Positions 39,400 through 50,786 of a stretch of DNA of 64,000 bases are shown piece by piece. The notes beneath the pieces are model-generated. The model did no database searches, had not been told where the DNA came from, and saw nothing but the letters and a program-made list of their open reading frames with translations. Both the position numbers and the translations under genes were made by a program. Within the stretch, counting starts at the first letter, position 1; each line of letters starts with the position of its first letter. The stretch covers positions 11,110,894 through 11,174,893 of the forward strand of contig CM082589.2 of assembly GCA_040954595.2 (NCBI GenBank), read 5' to 3'. This DNA is from Balanoglossus misakiensis (Eukaryota; Animalia; Hemichordata).

Positions 39400-39746
39400 A
39401 GGGACAAAGTCTCTCTGTCGCTGTCCTTTTTCCATTAATTATGTTTGATACAAGACACTGTTTATGTCAATGTACATTTGGATATATAGTGAATAAATGA
39501 TCAACCACACAAAACTTCCATCCCGCTTGTATGATATGAGAGTAAAAACTCGCCCAAAATGAATAAATGGTAAAGAACGATTATTCATTTTGGCGAGTAT
39601 TTTTACTCTCGTGTCTACAAGTGGGACGGAAGTTGTGTGTGGCTGAACGTTCATTCACTATATATCTACATGTAGAATAACAAACGGTGTCTTGTATCAA
39701 ATATAATTAATGGAAAAAAGGGCAGCGAGAGAGAGACTTTGTCCCT
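39400..39746. mobile_element. Palindromic Kolobok-like MITE with TTAA TSD
   Basis: TTAA|AGGGACAAAGTCTCTCT ... AGAGAGACTTTGTCCCT|TTAA; the paralogous empty site at 33279-33282 has a single TTAA. Confidence 0.92.
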
Positions 39747-39988
39747 TTAAGGAAATGCATCCACATTTATTTTATGCTCCACGTGAAGATTTGAACTTGT
39801 GAGTTGTCCATCTAATTCATGACATCACGATCATATCACAAGCAATCGAGGCCAGAATTCGAAGGGGAAAAAACAGGTACATTGTATTGAAAGCTGGAAT
39901 ATGTAAATTAGTTCGTAGACATACATTTCTTCCTATTGTTTCGGTTGCAACACCCGATAAAAGCAAATATAAAGCAAGTCATGCTTAC

Positions 39989-40063
39989 CATTGAGCGGTC
40001 TTAAACTCGCCCCGGACAAGGAAGAGAATCCCGAGTTGAAACGCAGACAGTTTCAGGCAGCAT
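39989..40063 (-). ncRNA. Exon B, copy 2 (75 nt)
   Basis: TACTAAC branch, TTTGATTCACAG acceptor, GTAAGC donor. Confidence 0.6.
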
Positions 40064-40266
40064 CTGTGAATCAAATAGACATAGAAGTTAGTAACCAGTC
40101 ATAGAAGCTCTGCGTGGCAGGGCTGCGTGTTAACGGCTATACCATAGCTCCCACTGGTAGCTTATAACAGTCTCAATGGTGCCAAAAATCTCCCCAACAA
40201 CAAAACCAACCCTGGTCAGTTTATTCGCTATCGCTTTGCCTTAAAAGTTATACTGTAGTGTGTTAC

Positions 40267-40680
40267 CACAGGGGGCTCCTCCCTCCGCGATTTTATTGTT
40301 TGTTTGTTGTTGTTGATTGGCATAATAAACAAATACATATTTCTTTATTAATAAATATGGTTTGTTGACATGTAAGTGTTAGGGTATATTCAACAGTTAG
40401 GGTTACTGTTGGCATTTTTTTCGATCCACGGCCCCGGGCATCACTAAGCCACAGGGGGTGGGGGGGGGGGGTTTGGGGGGGTGATTCCGGCCATGGATCG
40501 AAAAAATGCCAACACTAATTCTAACCGTTGAATATACCATAACCTGTCAAATATACCCTAATAACCTAACCCTTACATGTCAACAAACCATATTTATTAA
40601 TAAAGAAATATGTATTTGTTTATTATGCCAATCAACAACAACAAACAAACAATAAAATCGCCTAGGGAGAGCCCCCTGTG
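40267..40680. mobile_element. Foldback MITE, P-element-like (7-bp TSD)
   Basis: GTGTTAC|CACAGGGGGCTC ... GAGCCCCCTGTG|GTGTTAC; inverted arms span most of the element, around a G-run centre. Confidence 0.8.
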
Positions 40681-43289
40681 GTGTTACGGTACCACCTGCT
40701 CCACAATAACAAAGCTGACTCGAGCCAACGAACGACGTACAATTTACTCGCACGGTGTAATATAACGCACAAATTCCATGCGACTGTGAGTTTACTGTTT
40801 GGTGCTGTAACGCTTCCCAAAGTCAGAATTTCGATGTTGGGAGGACCCTCTCGCCCTACCACGACCAGTTTTTGCTAGAAGGAGTGTACATGTACTTGTA
40901 AAATAACATTAAATGCCATGCTTACCAGAGAAACGACATCATCAAGCATGGAGGCGACCGGGACCTCCATGCTTGATGAACGTCAAAGCTGCAATGATTT
41001 TTCAAATGCAATGGTCAGCGGTACGAGAACGAGGCACCAGCTGTGCGTCAATTATGCAACTTACTTACTACTCAATCAGAATCCTGCTTCAACATGACGT
41101 AACACTAATTAGTCAAAGAATGCAATGCAACGTATGTGTGCGGGTGGAGAATGCGCCTCACGTCAATGCAGACACACCAGACACACACACTGAAATGCAA
41201 ATTGAGGAATTATGTCACGGTGTTCTTTGGAAGTGCGAATGAATAAAATATTTCGTTTTCTTCAGTGTTTTTGTACTACAAAAAAAATTGCTAAAAAACG
41301 ACTAGCAAGCGCTTATGCAATAAAATACAAATAAATATAATTATCGCCAATTGGAAATGGAACGTCAATCCGCATTTGTCAAAAAATAACAGAAAAGACA
41401 AAGGAGCTGAGACGTCCTAAAATAAAAGGAATGACCTCTCTGTTCTGACCTGTATGAGGAAGCCCTATTGTAATACGCAATATGTCGGATCATGCTACCA
41501 TCCGCCATTCTGATTGGACGAGAGATCAATCCATCGATACGAAAGTACTCAATAGAGCACTGCTAAAACTGGCCCCTGAACTAATAGCATGCAACAGGGA
41601 AAACGTGACTAAATAAAAAAAAAATATAGCTGATAAATTTACGGACGGCCGGTTTATTTTTTAACTGCTCTATTGGAACTGTTGTCACTGTCATGCACGA
41701 TGCATGTCTTGTCATTGCGCACTCGTGTTAACATTCATCAGAGCGCCTTTCGATCAATTCGTAACGTTTACATTAGACTCGAGTTCATTTTCGTTATGAA
41801 AATGACATTGATATACACAAAGTCGATTACTGATATAAAATAATAGCAATAACCCTAACCATAGATTAGGCTATAGCATTCCGGTATTTTTTTCAATATC
41901 ACTCAGGAAGGATTCTATAACATTCTGTTTTGTATCGGGATGTATAATTTAATATCCATACTACAAAACAAATATCAGCGGTAACTCAGAAAATATTGTT
42001 GAAAATTTGTTCTCTGTAGGCCTAACCATGGTAAGATAATGCAATGCCGGTAAGTATTTTGGAAGTCAAGGTTGCATTGTATTGTCTGGTGTTCAAATAA
42101 TCACAAACATCCCGGAAGACTAAATTCTTTCTGTCAAAACCACTTCTGCAACGACAAGAACTTTCAGGGCAGGCAAAACCATGGCATGAAGACGATATGA
42201 AGTCGATGAGTTAATGTTATGTTGAACCCGGCCACTTTACGTATCTTAACTATTCACACATTGACCATTCTATAATTCTCTCCCTTTTGATGTCTTCTTT
42301 GTGGTTTGTTTGTAAAAATGTTGCCTGTGTTGAAACTTGACTACTTGTCACTTTTGCCTACCAAGAATAATATGACCAAAAGGGGTGGCATGAAATTCTA
42401 GACTGTAACAAAACTCGATTTCATGACCCAAAGTTTGATTTTATGTGTTTTTGGTTTGGACGTGGCAAAGACATGTAAATTCCGACCACCTATACACCAT
42501 CCATACATGTATGAATCGACATCATTTATTGCACGAGAGACTTCAAGCAAGCATTCCATCATCGCAAAAGGACAAAGAGAGAGCGACTTTGTCTCTTTAA
42601 ATTAATTTAGCAAGTTCAAAGTGAATGCCCACATGAAAACCTTTACTCAGCAATTTTTTTTGTAATTAATAAAACTAGGTTTGGTATGTTTTTGCGCTTG
42701 TTTTATTTTCCTTTTGTCTATAAATAGTCGTATATTTTAAAACAGCTAAAATGGGTCAAATGGGGCATTTTTCCATCCCACCTCATCCTAGCTAAGAGCT
42801 TCAGTGCCGGTCACCTCCACAAAATTAATTTACCACGAACAAATTGAAATACAGCCAATCGGAAAAAGTGCGCCACCACATGGTCATTTGAAGACTTTTA
42901 TGCTCTCTTCTTTTATGCTGGCCGTAAACGCATGTGATCTGGAATAAATCGAACATCGATCGTGTTTTATTTATTTTCACCACCAGCGAAAATCTACGAC
43001 GGCCCAACCGCAGATTATTGCTGCTCCATACAACAACTGGCTTAAACTGTTCTGTGCATGTGTTTTGTGTTCTGGTGGCGTTTGCGGGTCTGAGACGTCA
43101 TTTGTAGAAGGCCCTATTCGTTTTCTACCAATAACTTTTACCAACCATGCTAGAACTATTTCGTTTTCTTTGACGACGCTTGACACTTTTCTTGCTTTGT
43201 TGTTAGTACATGTAGTTTGTTTGTTCGTTACGTCTGTTACTGGGGTTCTTCACTTGTAGTCTGGTTACACTATGAGATAGGTGCCGTTA

Positions 43290-44765
43290 ATCAGAATTCT
43301 TGGTAAGGAAGGTTTGAGAAGTCCATTCTATGTAAAAAATGGTGCTCATTCCAAAAAAGTCAGTCTTATTAACCCCACTCAAGACAAAATTGCCATTTTG
43401 GCCATTTTTAACCCCAAAATGGTCTTTTTTAGAAAACACTAAAAACACATTGTTTTCGTCACATTCTGAGATCTGATAACATATGATATGCTTATTCTAT
43501 GTAAAATTTGGTGAATATTACGAAAAAAGTAGTTCGATTGACCCAAAACAACAGAAAATTGCCTTTTTGACCAATTTTTGCCCCAAAAACGTCATTTTTA
43601 GAAAAAAAATAAAACACACGGCTTTCTTCATAATGATTGATCTGGTGATATATGGAAAGTCAATTCTATGTTAAAAGTGGTGACTTTAAAAAATAAAGCA
43701 GTCTTTTTGACCTCAATCAATACAAAAATGCCATTTTTGGCCACTTTTTGTGGTCAAAAAAGGTCATTTTTACAAAAAAACTAAAAATAAATTGTGTTTA
43801 TCATATTCAGAGATCATTGGATATATGAAATGTCCATTCTATGTAAAAAATGGTGCTGATTCCAGAAATAGCAGTCTTATTGACCCTACTCAAGAAAAAA
43901 TGCCATTTTTGCCACTTTTTGCCCCAAAACGTCATTTTCAGAAAACACACAAAATTTATATATTTTCTTCACTTTCGGAGATCTGATAATGTATTATATG
44001 CCCACCCTATGTAAAATCTGGTGATTATTCGAAAAAAGCAGATTTATTGACCCAACCTAATGCAAAAATGCCCTTTTGGAAAGTTTTTGCCCAAAAAGGC
44101 CATTTTTAGAAAAAAAATTAAAAACAAACTTTTCTTCATAAAGCTCAGAGATCATGTTATATATGAAATGTTCATCCTATGTAAAAAATGGTGCTGATTC
44201 CAGAAATAGCAGTCTTATTGATCCTACTCAAGAAAAAATGCCATTTTGCCACTTTTTGCCCCCAAAACGTCATTTTCAGAAAACACTCAAAATTTATATA
44301 TTTTCTTCACTTTCGGAGATCTGATAATGAATTATATGCCCACTGTATGTGAAAAGTTTCCAAAAAAGCAGTTTTATTGATGCCACTCAAGATAAAAGTG
44401 CCTTTTTGGCAAGTTTTTGCCCAAAAAGTGTCATTTCTAGAAAATACGAAAATTATGCCATTTTCTTCCCATTGGTGATCAAATGATAAATAAAAGTACT
44501 AAAAAACCCACTCTTACTGACCCCACTGAGGGAAAAAAAATATCATTTTGGCCTCTTTGCTCAAAAAGGTAACTGTTAGAAAAAATAAATACAAACTTAT
44601 TCCTTTATATTCAGAGCCCTTGTGATGTATGTAAATTCGTTTTTTGTGTGTGTGTGTGTGCAAAAAATATGCTGATACCAGCACAACGGTCTTATTGAGA
44701 CACCCCGCTCAGTACAAAATTGCCATTTAGCCATCTTTTGGTCAACAATAGGCATTTTCAGAAAA
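43290..44765. repeat. Diverged AT-rich tandem repeat, ~170-bp period with ~340-bp dimer structure
   Basis: ATTCTATGTAAAAAATGGTG..CAGTCTTATTGACCC..AAAATGCCATTTTT recurs at about 43326, 43495, 43663, 43836, 44005, 44174, 44345; alternate units (43831/44169) are the most similar. Confidence 0.85.
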
Positions 44766-45297
44766 CAAATATAATTGATGTTATATCGTGGCGGCTGTCC
44801 GGCTCCTGCAAACGCAGCGTACTGAGACACGAATGGGTTCGGGTATGACATCTGCTGGAAGTGTTGCTGGTATGCTGCGGCTGGATAGGGTGGGGGTTGT
44901 TTGTTCGCAGAAGCTACAGGCTGGGGTGTGTTTGTGCTTGTGCTTGTTGTGGCAGTATCAGCAGAGGTTGCTATGCTTTTCTTTGTCTCTTCCTGTGGAG
45001 GATAAAAAGAACACAGTGTTTTTGCAAAGGTCGGGGAACACTGGTAATGGATTTGGGAACCCCGTTAATATTCCTATAACCTCCTAATATAACCACATCG
45101 ATACACCCAGGGGAACCCCGGTAAAATGACTGGGGAACTCTGGTAGACTGCCTGACCACTGTGACATTGGCCTTGTTCTGTTGTTTTAATTCGGAGTGAC
45201 TGGGGTACTCCGGTAGATTTTATCTAGGTACCGCCCTTAACAAAAACACTAGAACAGAATCACAATTTGGAAGGCATGAGAGGCAAATACCATTTAA

Positions 45298-46239
45298 GGA
45301 TGTACACGCACAACATAAACTGATAAACAGTGCATGTGTGTCTGTTCCTGAAAGGATTACATCGATAATTGCCAGAAAACAAACTTCTACTATTGTCTTT
45401 TTCACGAAATTTTACACATAGCTCAGTCAAGTAAACGTAAATTCATTGGTCAAAACAAATTATGTGGTCACCAAGCTCTATTATGAGATAAATTGCGTTA
45501 AAATCTTCGCCCATAGACAAACCATTGGTGAAAAATGCTGAGACAGCAAATTTCTTCTATTATCAACTAAATTCATGGCTCTGTATTTTTTTTAAAAAGG
45601 GCAATGACCCCTACAATTTTTAACGGATTCTCATTATACATACACAGCATAATCCAAAAATCCACAATTAAAAGAATGACAATACTTTCAACGTGTATAA
45701 TACCAGCATACACCTGTTTCAAGTCCAGTGTCCTAATACACCATCATCATGAATTGGAACTCAAAGCAAGGCCAATGAGCAAACCCAGATTGACAACTCA
45801 TTACACCAGCAAAGTGGTTTCTTTATGGAAGTGGTGGTACCAATAAATACTTTATTCAAGGTAAGAATTTCTTATTGTAGCAGTATTTTCATTTCCATTC
45901 ATGTTTTAAAGGCCTTTTTTGTAGATTCTGAGTTTCTATGCCAGACAAAGTATGATTATTTTTCCACTAATGCAGCCTGAATTAAAGTCAACATTTTTCA
46001 CCATAGGTCTTTCTATGTTATTTTTCTATAGGCATGGACACATTTAAGTTTATCTCAAAACTGAGCACAGTGGTGAGCCTACAACTTATATGAATCACTC
46101 AATTTAATTTCATTTGGATGAGTTATGAGTGAAACTTCTTAAAATTACAATAGTAGAAAAGGGTTTTCTATCAATTCTTAATGTTATCCTATGGGAAGAA
46201 ACACATTCCATGAGCTCATACATGTAGTGTGTGCCATTC
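45298..46239. mobile_element. Degenerate TTAA-flanked MITE (Kolobok-like)
   Basis: TTAA|GGATGTACAC ... GTGTGCCATTC|TTAA with imperfect internal inverted repeats (about 45512-45541 vs 45988-46017); a related fragment starts at about 54983. Confidence 0.45.
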
Positions 46240-47328
46240 TTAACCCTTTCAGTATTATATGAATCAGATATAGAAGCTTGTTCAACGTCCCGTTGCGGCC
46301 AAGCCAATCAGATTGCACGTTATGTCAATCAAAACTGAAGGATACCTAAAGTTCTCTATAAGGCACCGTCTGATTGGTTTACTAGAGTTTTCAACGGGAG
46401 CTTCTATGGGAGTTGGTCAGATGTAGTGTGAGGCGACAGTATAAGAATACCGTACTGCGAAGTAAAAGACGTCGCCGTACCCTACATCTGATTTTAATCA
46501 GATTGTATGCACACATAAGCTGGTTTAGAATACTGATAAACCCTGATGAAACAATCTCAGTAAAATATATACAGATGAGAATGAGAATGCAGTTAAAGTT
46601 AAATATACATTCGTTGTATCTTTTGGCTTTATTTCCAGTATTTTTGTTCTATGTAGCAAATGCGATTTCATGTTCTACTCCACACAGATTGTTACTTGTC
46701 AGCACAGAATGTATGTGTATAATGGCCATTGTCATTGTTGACAATAATTCATGGATTCTAGTCTGGACTTAAATTCCAATTTGGCACAATAACAATGCTG
46801 ACCATACACATATATGTTTCATCATGTTTCGGGAATTTGCACAAGAAACTGCTAAACAAAGATACTGAAAACATAGGAAAAAGGTAAAGGTAATGGAGCT
46901 TTAATTACAATTCACACTGTATACAAAATCCATGTAAAAATTCAAAATACTGGATTTGTCAGCTTCAACTGATATGGGGGTCACACAAGAAATTGCTAAA
47001 ACGTCTCAGATCAAATACTGGCATAAATTATTATTGGTGAATGGTTTAAGTGGTCCTGAATCTTCTCAGATTTGAGACACGTCTCTTACCAGGTTCACAC
47101 AGGGTAAAATTTGAGACACTATTAGTCTATGGTAAACACAGAGCGTTAATACTTTGGGGGGGGGGGGGGTTAGCTGGGCAGGCCCGCCCTCCTTTATTTT
47201 TTGCCACCCTGCTATCTTACGCGCCGCCCTGCTTTCTTTTCATTCCCGCCTTGGTAAATATTTATTGTTTCTGGTGCACGCTCCCGCATGCGGCTGGCAT
47301 TTGAGAGAATGATATTTATTCAGTTTAG

Positions 47329-48420
47329 GGATGTTTTGTCGCCTTTGTACAAAACACAAGCAGAAGGCCAAGTGCGGAGGGACTTGGGTTACAACATCTC
47401 CATGTACATGTACCACCCTTCGCGAAGACAAACTCAAGCAGCATGAAGAGACGATTATCGACCGGGCGGCAATGCAGCTTGACGCCGAGGCAGCAGTTAT
47501 CGAGAACAGCAGCGGTCTTGTGGCTGCATTTGACAAGGTCATCACCTTTGAGACGCAAGCCTTCATGCATCGGCGTCCTACGATGCATGTATTTTCTCAT
47601 GCACAGAGAATTGCCGCACACCACCAACTTCATCCATGTTTTGGAATTGGCAAAGTCCCTCGGGTGTTCATTCCTTGGTACTCTCAGCAGTGATGACCAC
47701 AACTATAATGGTTTATTGCATTGGTAAGTAGGTCTACTGATTTTTGTGCAGATCTAAATTGTAGGCAATGTAGTAACATTTATTTAAACCTGGTTGTTTT
47801 CAAGAAAGGATCACTGTTTAAGCAATAGTGTTACACTCAATAAAGAATAATTACTGTACAAATTACTGTGAATTTTGATAAGTTTAATCTGAAGAGTAAT
47901 TTTCATTTATTTCATTTTTCAGGCAAAGTCATCCTTGATGAGATTTTAGAGAAGATGAAAGGAAGTAACTTGTATTCACTGTTAATAGATGAAAACAACT
48001 GATGTGGCTGTATTGAAGCAATTAATCATCTATTCCAAGTACACCTTGAAGTCTGGGAAGTCAGTTGTGTCTTTCCTTGGAGTTAAAGAAGTAAGTGGAA
48101 AGTTTTTCAATTTTTAAGTCTACACTGAATTAAAAACATACGATTAAACATGTTTTTGAGTGACCTCATTTAATTGATTTTGCTGACTAGTTATTTCAGG
48201 TGAGACAAACATTGAGTTGTACATTGCATGTGTTAACATCAAGGTTTTATTTTCACTGTTTTAGGTTGGTGATGGCAGAGCAGACACCATTGCACAGTCA
48301 GTGAAAGAGTTTTCTTCAGAGAATGGTATTGTCTTAAGAGATCGTCTGTCTGCTTTGGGCAGTGATGGTGCTCCTGTTATGCTAGGACAGAAAGGAGGGG
48401 TGGCTACCAAACTAAAAGAA
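47329..48420 (+). pseudogene. Intron-containing hAT transposase (ZNF862/DUF4371-like) pseudogene fragment; exons 47329-47723, 47923-48090, 48265-48420
   Basis: MFCRLCTKH zinc-finger-like start, YSLLIDE/TTDVAVLKQLIIYSKY (frameshifted), FLGVKE|VGDGRADTI..ALGSDGAPVMLGQKGGVATKLKE; GT-AG introns; frameshifts; C-terminal half not seen. Confidence 0.85.
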
Positions 48421-49229
48421 GTGAGTGAAATTTTGAGTTGTGAAGACATTGTGATTTTGTAAGTTTTTAGTTGGTGTCTTTATATCGTGACAATAATAAT
48501 AGTAATAATTAAAGCTCCAAGCAGCATTGAAGGGGCCCAAGCATAGAGATAATAACCATTAGACTCCATTCAGGGTTGTACCATTCAATTGCGTAGGCTG
48601 TATTTGCTCTGGATGTGGAGATATGGGGAAGTAGGCAACCACCCGAAATGGATGTCCTACAAGTACAAACACAACAACCACAAGTGAACTTCTACGTTAT
48701 GTAAGGACTTCAGTTAAGTACTTCAAAGGTCAGCTGAGGGTACCCAAAAATTGGGCCAAAAATTTGGATTCCTATTTGGTTCATATTCAAGACAACGGAA
48801 AATTCTCGCCCTTTGGGTTTTTAAAATTAGGTATGGCCATAATAATGAGTTACGCAAGTAAGTTACAGGTGGCCCTAGGAATTTAGCATTTCATGACGGT
48901 CCTACCCTACCCCTCCAAACACGTGGCTATATATGATGTGCATGCTAACATATGGAAAGCAGGTCAATGGACACCTGAGGTCATTCAAAAATTTGACAGA
49001 AAAATTTCATTCCTGTTTATGTCTTGTGCAACAAATCCTACATTTGCAGCCCTTTCACTTTGCCTAACATTAGGTATGCACGTAATACATGAATCAAGCA
49101 GGTGTCAAAGGTATCCCCCTGTATTTGGCATTTCATGATAGTTTCATCCCTCCAAATACCAAAGCTGCACCTGTACAACGGGATGAGATATGGCACTCTA
49201 TGACAGAGGTCATCCAAATCACCTTATAC

Positions 49230-50092
49230 ATCAATCAATCAATCAATCAGAGAAATTTGTATAGCGCCAGTATCTATAACAAGTGTCATACTCAAAGGCG
49301 CTTGTGCTCATTGGCCCACACCATATGCTCTTGCGAAATAATGCGTCTTCAGTCTTTTCTTAAAGATACTCAAACTTGGAGCTTGACGAATGTTCCACAG
49401 TTTCGTTGCAGCATGAGAGAATGCTCGGCCACCGTATGAAGAACGTTTGTACATTGTAGTGCATAAAAGGCTCTTATTAGCTGAACGAAGCCTGCGACCA
49501 GGAGAATATGTCCGAATGAGATCGCGGATATAGTTCGGAGCGAGATTATTTAAGGCTTTGTATGTGAGCAGATTTATTTTATACTCTATCCTGTGGCGAA
49601 CTGGTAACCAATGAAGAAGTTGAAGAACTGGCGTTATATGGGCAGACTTCCTGGACCGAGTTATGATTCTTGCAGCTGTATTTTGTGTGCGTTGTAGAAG
49701 GTTCAGACTGCGTTCTGGTATACCATACAGTAATGCATTACCATAGTCGAGTTTCGCTGCCAAAATAGCATGAATCACTGTTTGACATGTTGCTTTGTTA
49801 AGAAATTTCCTGATTTGTCCGACACGGCGAAAGTGGTAATATATTGATTGACAAGTTTTCTTGATGTGATCTTTATACATGTGCGTATTGTCAAATATTA
49901 CACCAATATTGCGAGCTGATTTAACGACGGGAACAGAGCTTGAACCAATGGTAATCTTGTCAATAGCATCAGCAGAGTGATGAAATTGTGAACGAATAAG
50001 TAGAATCTCAGTTTTTGGAGTCGTTGAGTTGAAGCTTGTTTTGGGTCATCCAGTCCTTAAGATCACGGATACAGGCCTCAATGGACATTTGG
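49230..50092 (-). mobile_element. 5'-truncated L2 LINE, ORF2 C-terminal part with (ATTG)n tail
   Basis: DWMTQNKLQLN, AKLDYGNALLYG, LQRTQNTAARII, HITPVLQLLHWLPVRHRIEYK, GGRAFS..KLWN; frameshifted; microsatellite tail at 49230-49248. Confidence 0.9.
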
Positions 50093-50786
50093 GCAAAAAC
50101 CAACTGACACTTACATTCGTCCCTGTGGAACAAAAACCACACCTATCGCCCTGTTGGTTAGTGTCCAATTAAATGTACAAAATCAATGACTTAGGCAGGT
50201 GCAACAGACGACCCCGCCTTTGGTATATCATTATGGTCCCATCCGTATATGCCCCCCCCCCTCCCAAGCCAAAGCTGCATGCATCTGCTGTGGATGCTCA
50301 CTAAGCAAAAGTAGGTGAAAGGTCACATAAGGTCGCCCACAACTTGACGGGAAAATCGGACTTCATATTGATCCATGTGCAACAAATAGCACGCTACCAC
50401 CCCTTTCATTGACCCCACAATTACGCATGCACATAATTATTGAGTTATGCAGGTGTCACAGGTGACACCCGAATCGGGTGTATTATTTTAGTCCCATACA
50501 GCTGCATGTAGCTGCGTGCCGTTACGGGCGACCTGATAACCCACACGGCCACCTGCGGGCCGACCCCCATACTGAACGTCCAGTTGCAACATCACGACTG
50601 AAGTAGGAACTTTTGAACGGCAACGAAGCCTGATCTCTGATTATTGCTGGTACCATACTCCTGTCGTGCAAGAAAATCACTGGTCTGCTGACGTATTTCA
50701 GCCAATTTCCCAAACTACTATCCACTACATGTGACTACAATGCTAATGAAACCTCCCACAACATTAGCGACTTAGGGTCAAAGTCC

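Larger units (their letters stand above)
37059..40111. repeat. Segmental duplication, copy 2
   Basis: See copy 1. Confidence 0.92.

Noticed and set aside
46240-46545. TTAACCCTTT piggyBac-like terminus
   Set aside because: No matching AAAGGGTTAA end found; cannot delimit an element.
40913-47304. Short ORFs (60-120 aa) in 40.9-47.3 kb and similar ones in 53.5-58.1 kb
   Set aside because: No motifs, many with non-ATG starts, overlapping repeats; consistent with chance.
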